Positions 48,314 to 61,823 of a stretch of 64,000 nucleotides of DNA are shown piece after piece. The stretch's first letter is position 1; every line of letters starts with the position of its first letter. A model generated the notes under the pieces. It was not told the origin of the DNA. It ran no database searches and saw only the letters and a program-made list of their open reading frames with translations. A program made the translations under genes and the position numbers. The stretch comes from Lama glama (taxonomy: Eukaryota), in assembly GCA_028534125.1 (NCBI GenBank), contig CM052816.1, forward strand, positions 35,032,001 through 35,096,000. Reading direction: 5' to 3'.

Positions 48314-51300
48314 TACACATGCACAATGGAGTATTATTCAGCCATTTAAAAACAAGGAAATCCCACCATTTGTGGCAATATGGATGGACCTTGAAAGCAA
48401 GACAAATACTGTATGTTCTCACTTACATGTGGAATCTTAAAAAAACAAAGAAGTCATGGGGAAAAAAATCAGATTTAAGGCTACCAGAGGCCAGGGATAC
48501 AGGGAAAGAGAATTTGAAGAAGGTGGTCAAAAGATACAAACTTCAAGTTTCAAGATTAGGGATGTAATGTACAACATGATGACTGTAGCTAACACAGCTG
48601 AGTGATATAAGGGAAAGTTTTTAAGAGAGTTTATCCTGAGAGTTGTCATCAAAAGGAAAAACCTTTTCCTTCTTTTCTTTTTATTACATGTATATGAGAG
48701 GATAGATGTTCGCTAAACCTATTATGGGAATCATTTCACAGCATACATAAATCAAACCATCATGTCGTAGGCCTTAAACTTATACAGTGATACATGCCAA
48801 TTATTTCTTAGTAAAAAAGCAGGGCAGGGGCAGCAAGATTACGCCAAGAGAAATGAGAGATGATGAGTGATGAGAGACACAATGAATGATTCAGGAGGGG
48901 AGCATATAGAGGAGACACAGGAAGCATTAGAAAACTAACCACATATGCAGAATTTTGATGTTTAAACACTGATTTTCATTAAAATAGCAATACCTGTTTC
49001 AGATAAAAATTAAATTTGGCATACGGTGTATCATCTATATAGAATACTAAGAGCAAGATGTCAATTCTCTGATTTTGTCTCTGTTTATAGTTTGAGAATC
49101 ATCAGGTGCTTTTTAAATGAAGTTCGGTCTTATTAGTGAATACTAAGGACAGTAAATTAAGATTTACTCATGTTTCACATCACTTAATCTGTAACATACT
49201 GTATCTGAAAAATGGTTTGTCAATGAATCCAATTTATACTCAACAAAAGACCACACAAACCCCATGGGTTAATTTATGATCAGCCACTGTAAAAAGTTAT
49301 ACAAGTACATTCTTGGAATTATTCAATAGTTTAAACTTACCCTGGCCTATGGATTATACAAAACAACTTAAATGTCCAATCTACAATGAAAATTTTAGCT
49401 GTCTTAAAAATGACACAATACAGGTCAAATATTTAATTCATTGCATTTAACATCTTTTATTTCCTTAACAACTTAGACATTATTCAAATAGAAAAACCCA
49501 TAAGCTGATCTTTATGAAATGGATAACACACACACCTCAACATTGTCTTGGAAATACAAGAATGTTTTGAAAGACTCTTGACATCAACATCATCTTTCCT
49601 TTTGGTAAAAACCTTGCTATTTTCTCTGGAATACTGCCAGCACCTACCTTAACTTGGACTCAAAAACTACTCTTCATAGCTTAATCATTTTCCACCTCAA
49701 GTACTACAGTTAAATTCTTCATAAATCTATCTTTAGTACACTCAGGTGGTGAAGACAGTTCAAATTATTTTATCATCTAATCTTGTCTTACATGCTCTAA
49801 GTTTTCTATACAACCAGCACATTACAGACATTGTTATTACACTCATTCTTGTCCACCTCTGACAGGTTTTGAGCTCTCCAATGATTATACGACCTCCAAA
49901 CCACCGACTTACTATCCACTAGTCTTCTAATCTTGACTTGTCTGTCTCTCGGTATGAATTTCTGAGTCTGTGAACTGTGATTTTGCCTGGACTACATTTC
50001 AAATGCTTTCCTATTACAAATAAGTATGTTTCATAGTTTATCTCAGAATCGTGTTTCCTTCTTTATTTATGGCTGACTTTAGATAAAATGTTTGTTCTAT
50101 TGAAAGATGCTATCTGAAATTTTGTGTTTTTGTATTTTCCTGAAATCTAAAGGTTTTATATTTTAAAAATCAAGAAAAAAGAATTTACCAATGTGTATAT
50201 TAATAGCACTCTTTTCTATTAAATTAAAATTTAATTGTTTGGTATTGCTCTAGTAGAAAGAGAAAGAAATGAATGCCTTGGATTAATTTTTAATTAGTTA
50301 ACTAACATTTTGACTAAACAACCAACAAATGACAGATGTTAAATATAGAAGGGGTTTCTTTCTTGATAGTTAGTAGCCAAGATAGCAAATATAGAAAATC
50401 AACCACTTTGCTGGTAGCAAATGTCATCTCAGAAGATAAATTCATTTGGAAGTCTTATCAAAGATCTTGAAAATACTCTCAGTATGAACCCACAAACAAA
50501 CATGTAAAACAGTAACAGGTAAGAGAAGGAAAATACAAAATAAAACAATGTCTTAGAAAACAGAAAATATTTAATCTATGTATCTCTTAAAATAAAAAAT
50601 TATTAAAGATGCTATAGAGAGTCACTTTTGAAATCTTTCCCAGCTTGCTATATACAGACTTTCATTTTGAATGCAGGTATTGTCAACTGTGATACTGTTT
50701 TCTCAAGTTTGACACAGAAGAATTTAGGCAAATTTGTTCTTTCTAGCAAAGGTTACATTTTCTAGGTGTATTTATTAAGCTCTCAATCTAAGGCACAGCT
50801 GTGTCAGGTACCAAATCATATTCTTCCTGGAATTGAAATTCATGCTCATAAATAGGTGCCAATGACAATCTACTTCAGTCTCACACAGAAGGACAAATGA
50901 AGGCAAATAAAGAGCAGAAAGTTCCATATACACAAAACCTTATTATAATGACAGTTTCTAATATTATTTTCACATTTTCAATGACATGAGGCCATGCAGC
51001 ACTTAATATAAGTACGATCCCTCAAGATGAATTTGTGAAAATGTTTTATGTTATATAGCACCTGAAAGCCTGGAAACGGAAAAAAAAGAGCATCTAAATG
51101 AGAAGAGAGAGATTAAATATGACCAGAAAACCAGTGGAGAAATGAGAAAAGGGAAAAAAATGCATAATGGATTTTCAGCAGTAATTAATTTGGCTGGTCA
51201 TAAAAATGAGCATTTAGTAAGTAGAAGAATGATTTCATCCATAAAAGTTTATTCAGATTTAGGAAGAAAAAGGGGAAAAAGGCAAAAACAGACATTCTCA

Positions 51301-51469
51301 TCTACTGGAGACAACATAACACAGACTTGTAGGCCTTGAGGGCCTAGAAGATATTCAGTATTTCCCAAGAAATTTGTCATGAAGATGAAGCGCTCTCTAT
51401 ATTATTTACCTTGAAAGCTGACAAGGTCAGTAAGAATATAGGCATGTTCAGTTTAGGGTAATCACCGCA

Positions 51470-51980
51470 GGATGACTCCTTAAAATGAAGTAAGTCACTG
51501 CTATGAGCTACAAGGCTTTGCGTGGTCTGAACCCTACTCCCTCTCTAACCTCATCTCCTATTACTCTGTCCTACCGTGACTTCAGCCACATTGCTCTTTC
51601 TCCGACTCCGTGAAGCCTGGAGTGCCCATCCTCCAGATGCCTACACGCCTGTTTGCTCCCTCTCCTTCCTCATTTCACCCACACGCTCCACACTTACCGA
51701 GGCCTTTCCTGGTCAGTCTCTCTAAGACTTCAACCTCTGCCCATCCACACAGTTGCTATCCTCTTCCCTCTACGCTTTATTTTTTTCAACTGTTTAATAT
51801 ACTGATTTTGTTTAGCTTATCTATCATATTTCTTCCCCGACTAGAACAAAGGCTTCATGAGAGCAGGAAGTTTTGCTTTTTGTGGGGTCTCTTGATCCAT
51901 TTTCTTCATTGTTGAATCACCAGTATGTGGCATGCATGGTAGGCGTTCAGGAACTGTTTGTTGAGCAAATGAATAAATAA
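51470..51980 (+). mobile_element. L2 (L2a-like) 3' portion
   Basis: ctacaaggctttgcgtggtctg...ctctctaacctcatctcctattact...cccgactagaacaaaggcttcatgagagcagg...tgttgagcaaatgaataaat. Confidence 0.75.
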
Positions 51981-52132
51981 CCCAGTAGAATATCTAGCCT
52001 TAAGTAGTTTTTAAGTAAAATTCTATTCAAAGAATATTGGTATATATGAGAAGAGTGAGATGCCTTTTCAAGTATTAATGGATAAGGTTTTCATTTCTTC
52101 CATCAATTTAAGAAGTTTCACAATACACATGG

Positions 52133-52185
52133 TAACTTACAACTAGAAAGGAATATAAATAACTTACAACTAGAAAGGGATAAAA
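52133..52185 (+). repeat. 27-bp tandem duplication
   Basis: taacttacaactagaaaggaatataaa followed by taacttacaactagaaagggataaaa. Confidence 0.85.
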
Positions 52186-54315
52186 TTTATAAACGAAAGA
52201 ACAGAGCATTGCAAGATCTTCAGCTAATGCTGACAAGAGGCATTTGTTTGATTTCTACATAAAATAGTCTGAATATATATGGTACTGTAATGCAAGTAGG
52301 AAAAAAACCAACATCTGCACTTTTCAACTTTCAACATAAACAACACAGTAAGTATTTTTTAAGAACTCTGATTCGACTGATTTTCAGTTGTCTCTTTATC
52401 TTTGAAATATTTTGTATTTTCATTGTTTGAATAAGAATTTTCCTTACAATTCTAATAATACAAAAATCTCATACTAATAAGTACTGTCAGACTCATATAC
52501 ATCGGATAGATAGATTATAGGGGAAAATCTATTTGTTCAAAGAATAAAAGATTGTATATGTAAAAATTTTTTATTTCAGTTGAATTCACCACAGTTTTAC
52601 TTGTTCATACTTCTAACATTTACATCAAATATAAGTAGGCTTTCAACAATAAAGTAATTTTCTTATCATTCAAAATATTAAACTTTCTCTGAATTTTAAG
52701 ACTTTCCCATGTATAGGAACAAAAACTAAAATATGGTAACAAAACAATAGTAAAGCTAATCAGTATTTTTCCCATGTAGAAAGATATGTATGTATTCATA
52801 ACTCTTCTACTTTCCTTTAAATTGTTAAGGACTTCAATTACCATAAAGATATAAAACAGGATCTAAGAGAATATGGTTCAGAACATGCTTTGTCCTGCTC
52901 ACCAGACAATCTGTTTCCTTGCAGGAGGTATTTACAGGTACAAGTGCCTTCAGGTGCCCAGAACATAAAAAACATGAGTAATATTACTCAGATATACACA
53001 ATGTATCTACAGCTCAAATGTTCCATGAAAACATAGTCTCTGTTATAATATACAAACCTTTGCTCATTGATAGAAAAGAAAGTCCCTAAGCATTTCTTTA
53101 CAACCACTCAAGTCAAAGAGGTAATAACAGTAACAGTTGTTATATTTTAGATTTCATTTCTTACAGCTTTGAGTTAATGTTTTTAGTGTTTAGTTAAACC
53201 TCTGGGAAAGAATATGCACTGCTAGAAGGGTGTGGTTTACCCTCCAAAATTAGAAAAATGCCAATACCACATGTGTGGAATACCACCAGCTTATCAATTT
53301 ACGTCACGCATAAATTAAATAAAGCAACTAATTTCAAGAGATATTAGTGCCTTTAGTGCCTGGAAAAATGGCCAGTTTAAGCTATTCCATCTGCATTTGC
53401 TTTGGGATATTAGGCAGCAAATGAAACATTAGGACAACCCACTATCATTTGGCTGAGAAAGAAATACCAATTTAAAGATGCTATCTTTTTAAAATGTTGT
53501 TTTGGAAGTAATTTACATTATACCAAAAGTATTATCTGTGATATAAAATGGCAACCAAGCCAATTTATTTTACTTTTCATTAATGTAATATGCTTGAATT
53601 ATACAACAAAGACCAATATCTAAGTTTAGATGTTATAATATCAGTTAACACAGGAAAGTTACCCATTCTCCCAAATTGAAATTTACAGTGTACGAATTTG
53701 TAATTACTCATTTAGACTCCCACCAAATTTATATTTAAAGAGAATTCTATCAACATCTCTAAACAACAAAGTAAGAAGCTCCACAAAATTAGGTTCTTTA
53801 GTAATTTACAAACAACATAAAAAATTAAGCCGCTGAGTCAACGTATCTTATAATTTGAGGCAGAAAATATTAATTTGAGAATTACTATGTTGTCCTTTTC
53901 CTTAAACTAAAAATTTACTGTTGTGAAGTGCTACTGTTATAAACTCGTGATGAACTGTATGATGGGTGATGGGTTAAATCTGTGTGAGGTAAGGTGCTAG
54001 TTCAGATTTTGAGAGCTCTTTTAGTGAGTGCCAGGAGCCACGTTCCTTAACCTTTGGTTGGTACAATTTACCCTTTCTACATTTATGACTGAAAGAAACA
54101 AATGATAGGTAAGTATCCAGAGCCAAAACATTGGGACTTTGTTATCAAAGAAACAGAAGCTGTTACTTACAAGGACTCTATAATAACCTTAGATAACTGT
54201 GATATCACATAACAGAAATCGACTCTGAGAATCATGTAAAAATGTAAAATTTCACTATGAACTGGAAGGGTAAAATATTTATTTTTTAAAAGTATTTAAC
54301 CTTCTGGCTAAAATT

Positions 54316-54681
54316 CTCCTACACTGCTGGTGGGAATGCAGTTTGGTGCAGCCACTATGGAAAACAGTGTGGAGATTCCTCAAAAGACTAGGAATAGACT
54401 TACCATATGACCCAGGAATCCCACTCCTGGGCTTGTACCCAGAAGGAAATCTACTTCAGGANNNNNNNNNNNNNNNNNNNNNNNNNNNNNNNNNNNNNNN
54501 NNNNNNNNNNNNNNNNNNNNNNNNNNNNNNNNNNNNNNNNNNNNNNNNNNNNNNNNNNNNNAAAAAATGTGACCATGAGTGTGTATATGTCCATGAATGA
54601 CTGAAAAATTGTGCTGAACACTGGAATTTGACACAACACTGTAAAATGATTATGAATCAATAAAAAATGTAAAAAAAAAAA
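54316..54681 (+). mobile_element. Young L1 (subfamily B) 3' portion spanning an assembly gap
   Basis: Left of the gap encodes [33 protein letters not shown] (ORF2). Right of the gap is a subfamily-B 3'UTR with polyA. Confidence 0.85.
54462..54561. other. Assembly gap (100 N)
   Basis: Run of exactly 100 N. Confidence 1.
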
Positions 54682-54788
54682 CTTTAAAACAAAAAAGATT
54701 ATATACTGCTAAAGACGATTTTGAAAACACATCTAATAAATGCTGATGCTCAGTTAGGTAAAATAAAATACTGAATGGTAAAGCAGAA

Positions 54789-54838
54789 AAAATAAAATAA
54801 AATAAAATAAAATAAAATAAAATAAAATAAAATAAAAT
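54789..54838 (+). repeat. (AAAAT)10 microsatellite
   Basis: Directly visible. Confidence 0.9.
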
Positions 54839-56184
54839 TAGTGAACTTATCCTAGAAATTACAAATGAAAATGAATAATTAAAATGAAAAATTAAAATTC
54901 TGACAATGGTAAGATTTCTACTCAAAGTTCAAAGACATTTACAAGAACAATATAGATAATCATGTCCAAATTTCTAAGCTAAAATCTCTATAGACAATAC
55001 AAATTGCATGAGCTAAATTTTTTTTCAAACTTGTTACAAAGGTGAGATATATTTTGATGATGTGTAAAACTTGGTAAAAATTTTTCAATAAATCTAAGAA
55101 TTCCAAAACCGTAAGTCATTTTAAAATTAAGGTAAGTTTGAGGATTGCCAAAGATCATGCATGCGTCTGAGCTGAGGAATGTACCAAATAATGTAACATT
55201 CAATTAGTTTCAGTAAGTTCTGAACTCAGAGAATATCCAGGTTCAAAAGAGAAAGGAAGTTACACATTTCTGGTAAAAGAGTGAAGACTAATGTTTTAAG
55301 GCTTGCTAAAAATATTTCCTCTATCCAGGATCTGCACTTAACATTGTATGCATGGAGGTTAAGGTGCTTGGTTTCCTATTCATCAGACTATCTTATCGCA
55401 GCCCTAATTTAACCACATATATGAAAACAAATGACAGCTGCCCGCACCACTAATATTCCTTTAAGGAATAGCCTGTCACTTAAAGAAAATCCTCTCAATA
55501 TTTCCTTTATTTAAATTTCTAATTAATAAACCACTTGTTTGCAAAATAAAATGGGGTCATCTTTTAGCATATTAGAGTTTGTTTTTGTTTTCAGTATTTC
55601 CTAGCACCATTTAGAATTGCCTGTTGTTTGGTTTCACTTATCCAGCAACCCACAAGCAAGTAAATAAAATATTTGTAATTCAAGAGATGATGCAAATGAA
55701 GACAGGATCATCTTGGAGTATTCACTCTAAACTTGAATTCTCAAATGCTTATAATCTCCTCAAACATTACTCTAGTTAAAATATATTTCAGGTTTATGAT
55801 TCCAAAGGGCTCAGTTATCTGACGGAACAAGAGCATATTAAATCTCTGCACAATACATTTTAGAAATGGCTTGCATATAAGACACTAAGCAGCTATTAAA
55901 TCTCGCTTTTAACCTACCAGTTTTCTAAATCTCCCCTCCACAGCTTGATTCCCAGTAGAGAAAACAGTAACTCAAACAAAAACCTTCCTGTTGACTGTAA
56001 TAAGCTATTTACTTATCTGTGCACAAGGTTGAGAAATTACAGAACAGGGATTCATTTGTTTGCCTAGAGGGTATCTTGCATAGACATCTGGCTCGAATTT
56101 TCATTTATATTTTCAATTCATAAAAAGATTATATATTTTGACCCACTTATAAATTGAATGACATAACAGAAAATAGAAAGAGCA

Positions 56185-56370
56185 CTATCTTCCCAGTTGC
56201 TATTTAACTGACGTTGGCAAGTCACTCTAAGCTCTCTGAACCTCATTTAGCTTATTTGTAAATAGAGATAACAATACCGCCTGGTAGAATAAATGACACA
56301 ATGTTAATTAAAGTGTTTTGACAACCATAAAATATTATGTAAATGTAAAATATTGTACATTATTATGCTA
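56185..56370 (+). mobile_element. MIR fragment
   Basis: tgacgttggcaagtcactctaagctctctgaacctcattt..cttatttgtaaatagagataacaatacc. Confidence 0.7.
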
Positions 56371-57061
56371 CTTTCATAAAAATTAAAACTAGCTGGTTAT
56401 TTCCCCATCATGTCTTTTGCAAAAGGAGGAAAGGACAGCAAGGTACTGTTCTGAAGTAGTCTGAGTGCTTTTATGAGAGGTTTCAAATTTAAGACAGATC
56501 TTCTTAACTAAATAATTACAGGTTAGAACTAAAATTTAGTAGTCATTTAATCCAGCCACTTTAGTTTTACGTATTAAGGAAAGAAAGAACCATGAAGGCT
56601 AAATACTAAAACATACAAACAAAACAGTCACAAATGGTGGAAAGGGAAGAATCCAAACAAATTTTATGCTCCCTAGTTTGTTGTCAGGTCACCCTTGCCT
56701 ACAGAAATCTAGGGGTAGGATTGGAATCAGCGGCAGGGGCAAATTCAGAGGCTGGGTTAAAGTTCTGGCTGGACTGTAGCAGTCATTCTAACTTGTCACT
56801 TTCTTGGCCAATTATAAAATAACAATAAAAATTATGACATGATAATAAGAACACATAGAGGGGTTATTATGGTTAAACACTTTAAGATGTACATATATGT
56901 AAAATGTGTGTATGCGTGTTTGGCACACACACACAATCACTGTATACTAGCTCTTATAACCACCCAATTATTCTTATTAGTGAGGAAACTGAAGCACAGA
57001 AGCGTTAAGCAGACTGAGCAACGTATAAGCTTCTGGCCAAAAATGCCTGGCTCTTGGGCCT

Positions 57062-57750
57062 TTTATTTTTTTAAGAGCTGTACTGAAGTTCAGTTTATAT
57101 ACATAAAATTTACCTATCTTAATGTACAGTTCAATGAGTTTTGACAAATTTACAGAGGTATGTAACTGTTACTATGATCCAGTTTAGAACACTTTCATTA
57201 CTCCCAAAAGATTCCTGATGCCTGTGTATAGTCAATCCCCATCTAAACACCCAGTGCCCAAGTCCCAGAAACCCATTGATCTTCTTTATCTATAGATATC
57301 TTTTCTGCGCATTTCATAGAAATGGAATCATACAGTATGTAGTCTTTTGCACTGGACTTGTTTCAATTACCACAAAGTTTTTAAGGTTCATCTATTCTCT
57401 GTCATGTTTTATTAGCTCATCACTCTTCATTACTTAATAGTAATATTACTATTGTACAGATATTATATATTGTTTATTCATTCATCAGTTGATGGATATT
57501 TGGGTTCTTTCTACTTTCTGGCTATTATAAATAATGATTCTATGAATATGTGCATAGTTTTTAGGTGGACATATGTTTCAATTCTCTTGGGTAGATAACC
57601 TAGGATCAAAACCGTTAGTTTATGCAGAAACTTTATGTGTTAACTTTTTGAGCAATTGTGAAACTCTTTTGCAAAGTGGCTGCATCATTTTACATTCTAC
57701 TAGCAATCTGAGAGGGTTCCAGTTTTTCCACATCTTCACCAACACTTACT
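57062..57750 (-). mobile_element. Old L1 (L1MB8/L1ME-like) 3' end
   Basis: tatacataaaatttacc...tgtacagttcaatgagttttgacaaat...cagttgatggatatttgggtt...ccacatcttcaccaacactt. Confidence 0.85.
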
Positions 57751-57929
57751 AGAGCTCAAGATCTCGACCACTAACCTCTACAGGCTTTCAGTGACTATGC
57801 ACATATGTCACTGAATGTTGGAATGGGAGGGAAGGAGGAGCTAAGTGAATGGAGGAGGGAGACAGATCTTAAAACTGACTCGAAGATAACGAAGTCTCTA
57901 TCTAATTTTTTTAAAATATTAAGATTTTT

Positions 57930-58026
57930 TTATGAATGTATGTATCTATATGCATGACTGGGACATTGTGCTGTACACCAGAAATGGACACATTGTAACT
58001 GACTGTACTTCAATTAAAAAAAAAAG
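57930..58026 (+). mobile_element. Very short young L1 3' tail
   Basis: tatgcatgactgggacattgtgctgtacaccagaaatggacacattgtaactgactgtacttcaattaaaaaaaaaa. Confidence 0.75.
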
Positions 58027-58071
58027 TAGAATAGTTCTGTTAGAATATAATACCAAAAGCAAAACAAAGCA

Positions 58072-59300
58072 ACTTTTTGAGAGTAGTTTCTGATTCAAAG
58101 GAAAACTGAGAGGAAGGTACAGAGATTTCCCTTATAATCCCTGCCCCTCACAGCACAGCCCTACCCCAATATCAAATCCCTTACCAGAATTTGTTATATT
58201 TGTTACAACTGATGGACCTATATTGACACATCATTATCACTCAAAGCCCAAAGTTTTCATCAGAGTTCACTCTTGGTGTTGTACATTCTATGTGTTGGGC
58301 AAATGTGAAATGACAGGTATCTACTATTATGTCACACATGGTAGTTTAACTATCCTATACAAATCCTCTGCGCTCTTCCTATTCATCTCTCCCTCCTCCA
58401 TAATCCTTGGCAACTAATGAACTTTCCCTTATTTAACTGACTCCACAGCTTTCCCTTTTTCAGAATGCCATATTTGTGGGAGCATACAGTTTGCAGCCTT
58501 TTCAAATTGGCTTCTTTCACTTAGTAATATACATTTAAGCTCCCTCCATGACTTTTCATAGCTTGACAGCTTACTTCTTTTGAGTGCTGAAACCACTGTT
58601 TGGAAACAGCGGAGTTTCTTTATCCACTCACCTAGGGCAGAGGATCTTGGTTGTTCCCACCTTTTGGCATTCTAAATTAAGCTACTATAAATATCCTTGT
58701 GCAGGTTTTTGTGTGGATTTAAGGTTTGAACTACTTTGGGTAAATACTAGACTGTGATTGATGGATTGCATGGTAAAAGTCCATTTAGTTTTGTAAAAAG
58801 CTGCCAAACTGTGTTCGCAAAAACTTTTATTTCTTCCATTCCAATCAGTTTAACTTTTGTTTTCTTTTCTTGTCTTCTTGCATTAGCTAGGACTTTCAGT
58901 AAGATATTAAAAAGGAATGGTGAGAGAGGTATCTTTGCCGTGGCTCCTAATCCTAGTAGGAAACTTTAAGCCTTTCATCATTAAGTATGATTTTAGCTGT
59001 AGAATTTTATAGATTTTTAAAAAATCAAATTGAGAAGCTTCCCCCTATTCCTAGTTTACTTAATTTTTTTTTATCATGAGTGAATATTGTATTTGGTCAA
59101 ATGCTTTCTATGTATGTGTTGATATGATGTGATTTTTCTTTTAGCCTGTTGATGTGATGAATTACATTAATAGATTTTCAAATATTGAAGCAGACTTGTA
59201 TACTTGGGATAAATCCCACCTATGCTTTTCATAACCATATACTCATTGGATCTTCATTGTACAGTGGAAATATTTTTATAAGGAACTTTATGGTATTTGG
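58072..59300 (-). mobile_element. Old L1 (L1MC/L1MD-like): 3' end joined to an ORF2 RT fragment (deletion near 58820)
   Basis: aaaactgagaggaaggtacagagatttccc...atattgacacatcattatcac is an L1MC1-type 3'UTR, followed by antisense ORF2 (gcattagctaggactttcagt). Confidence 0.8.
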
Positions 59301-61047
59301 CTGACTTATCTTTATATTCTTATATGTACATGTGTTTACTAAAGAGAAAGGAAAAGCTGCATAAAAGTTAAACAGCATATTGAGAGGAAGTAGTAGAAAA
59401 CAAGAAAAGTTTGTTACCAAGGCTTAACTTGAAAATGTCAAAATTACAAGCTCACTGTTTTTGAACAGGCAACTTTGGCCCAATCATGACATTAGACTAT
59501 TAGACATAACTGGTTTAGTAAGAGATTTCAAAGCTGTGTACGAAAATTCACTGAAGGCAATTTGTTATCTTAAGTTACTTTAAAAATATTTAAAACAAAA
59601 AAGCAGACAGTTATTTTTAAGTGTTGTAGTAGTTTTACCAGACTGCTATAATGTCTCATATTAGTACAATAGCTATTATTTTAATTTCAAACACTGGCAA
59701 AGAAGTATTGTGGCAAAGATAAAAAATACCTTAAATATGTTAAGAGATGCTTTTTCATTTATTTTTCCTTTTTTTCTTTTTTTTTGCTATATTGTTCTAG
59801 AAGCTAGAACATTCAGTACAATGTTAAAATAGTAAATGCAGGCATATTTGTCTTATTTCTGATATAAATGTGGAAAGCATTCAGTCATTTGCCATTAAAT
59901 ATGATGTTATCTGTGGGTCTTTCTTAGAAGACACTTATAATGAGGAACTTTTCTTCTATTCCTCATTTTCACAGAATTCTTATCAGGAATGGATGTCGGA
60001 TTTTGCCAAAGGATTTTCCTGCATCCATTGAGATGATTACATAGTTTTAAATTGTATGAATATGAGTTAAATTGACATTTGAAGGTTAAATCAGCTTGTA
60101 ATCCTAGGATAAATCCCACTTGATCATGATGTATTTTTATATACTGCTGTATTTGCTTCATTAAAAGTGTGCCCAGAATGAATATATATATATATATAGA
60201 CTATACAATTATATATAGTCTCTAGTTATCCTGTAATGTTTTGTTTAGTTTTAGATTCAGGTAATGATGGTCTCAATGAGTTGAGAAGTAGTCTCTCCTT
60301 CTCCATTTTCTGAAAATTTGTGTAGAATTGTGTTTTCTTCTTAAAAGTTTGGTACAATTCACTAGGGAAGTCATCTGAGCCTGGAGTTTTCTTTGAAGGA
60401 TGGTTGACCAATTCTATAAAAGATATGAGACTATGAAGGTTGAATCAGCTTTGATAGTTTGTGTCTTTCAGGAAATTTGTCCATTTCATCTAAGTTGTTG
60501 AATTTATTTACATAAAGCTATTCATAATATCTCCTTAATATCTTTTTATTATCTGTAGACTCCGTAATGTCATCACCTCTCTCATTCTTGATATTGGTAA
60601 TTTATGTCTTCTTTTTTCTGAAAAGCCTATGGAGAGGTTTATCAGTTTTATTAATCTCAAGGGACTAGCTTTTAGTTTCATTGATTTTGTTCTTTCCATT
60701 CTACTGATTTCTTCTATCTATATTTTTTCCTTCCCTCTACATATTTTGGGTTATATTGCATTTCTGTTTAAGGTAGAAATAGAGGTCATTATTTTGAGTC
60801 CTTTCTTCTTTTCTAATACAGGCATTTAGTGCTATAATTATTTCCCTAAGTACTGCTTTAAAGGCATTGCACAAATACTAAGATTTTTTTTTTCCATTTA
60901 GTTCAAAAGATTTTCTAATTTCCTCTCTGACCCATTGGTTATTCAGATATGCATTTTTCAGTTTCCAAATATTTAGAAAATTTTCAGAGATCATTCTATT
61001 CTTGAATTCTACTTTGTTTGCATTGTGTTCATGAAACTTAAATTCTT

Positions 61048-61200
61048 TTTTTATATATAATTTTTTAAATTTATTTTTTGGAGGAGGAGGTAATTAGGTT
61101 TATTCATTTATTTATTTTTAATGGGGTACTGGGGATTGAACCTAGGACCTCGTGCATGCCAAGCACACAATCTACCACTGAGCTATACCCTCCCCACCCC
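61048..61200 (-). mobile_element. Camelid tRNA-derived SINE (Vic-1-like) inserted in old L1
   Basis: Minus strand ggggagggtatagctcagtggtagattgtgtgcttggcatgcacgaggtcctaggttcaatccccagtacc. Near-identical TSD aacttaaattctt (61035-61047) and aacttaaaattctt (61203-61216). Confidence 0.9.
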
Positions 61201-61823
61201 AGAACTTAAAATTCTTATAAATGTATTGAGACTTTTTTTATGGCACATAATATGGTCTATCTCAGTAAATATTCTCTGTGTATCTGAGAAGAATGTACAT
61301 TCTGGTGATACTGTATAACATGTCTTGTAAATGCCAATAGGTCAAGGTGACTAACAGTGTTCTTCATATCTTCTATAACTTCCACGGTGGATATACTTTT
61401 TAAAAGTTACTTACAAAAGCATCATAAAAAATCAAATACTCAGAGGTAAGTTTAACAAAAGATATAAAGTCCTGTACACTAAACTCTACAGAACCTTGCT
61501 GAGAGAAATTAAAGACCTATCTTACTCAGAAGATATACCATGTTGATGGGCAGGAAGACTCAATATTGTTAAGAAGTCTATTCATCCTAAACTGATCTAC
61601 AGATTCAGTGTAATCCCAATCTAAATTCCTGCAAGCCTTTCTATAGAAACTGAAAAACTAATAATAAAATTGACGTAGAAGTTCAAAGGACTTCTAACAA
61701 CCAAAACAATTTTAAAAAGAAAGTTACAGGACTAACATTACCTGATACAAGACTTATTATAAAGCTACAGTGGTGAAGATAATATAGTATTTAGGCATTA
61801 AGACAAACAAAAAGATCCACAGA

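Larger units (their letters stand above)
45582..48818 (+). mobile_element. Older L1 (L1MA9-like lineage): ORF2 RT to 3'UTR, interrupted by a young L1
   Basis: ggatgcaaggatggttcaacata (GMQGWFNI) at ~45756 and tttgcagatgacatg (FADDM) at ~46128. It continues past the insertion to a 3'UTR ending tatacagtgatacatgccaattatttcttagtaaaa. Many stops and frameshifts. Confidence 0.9.
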
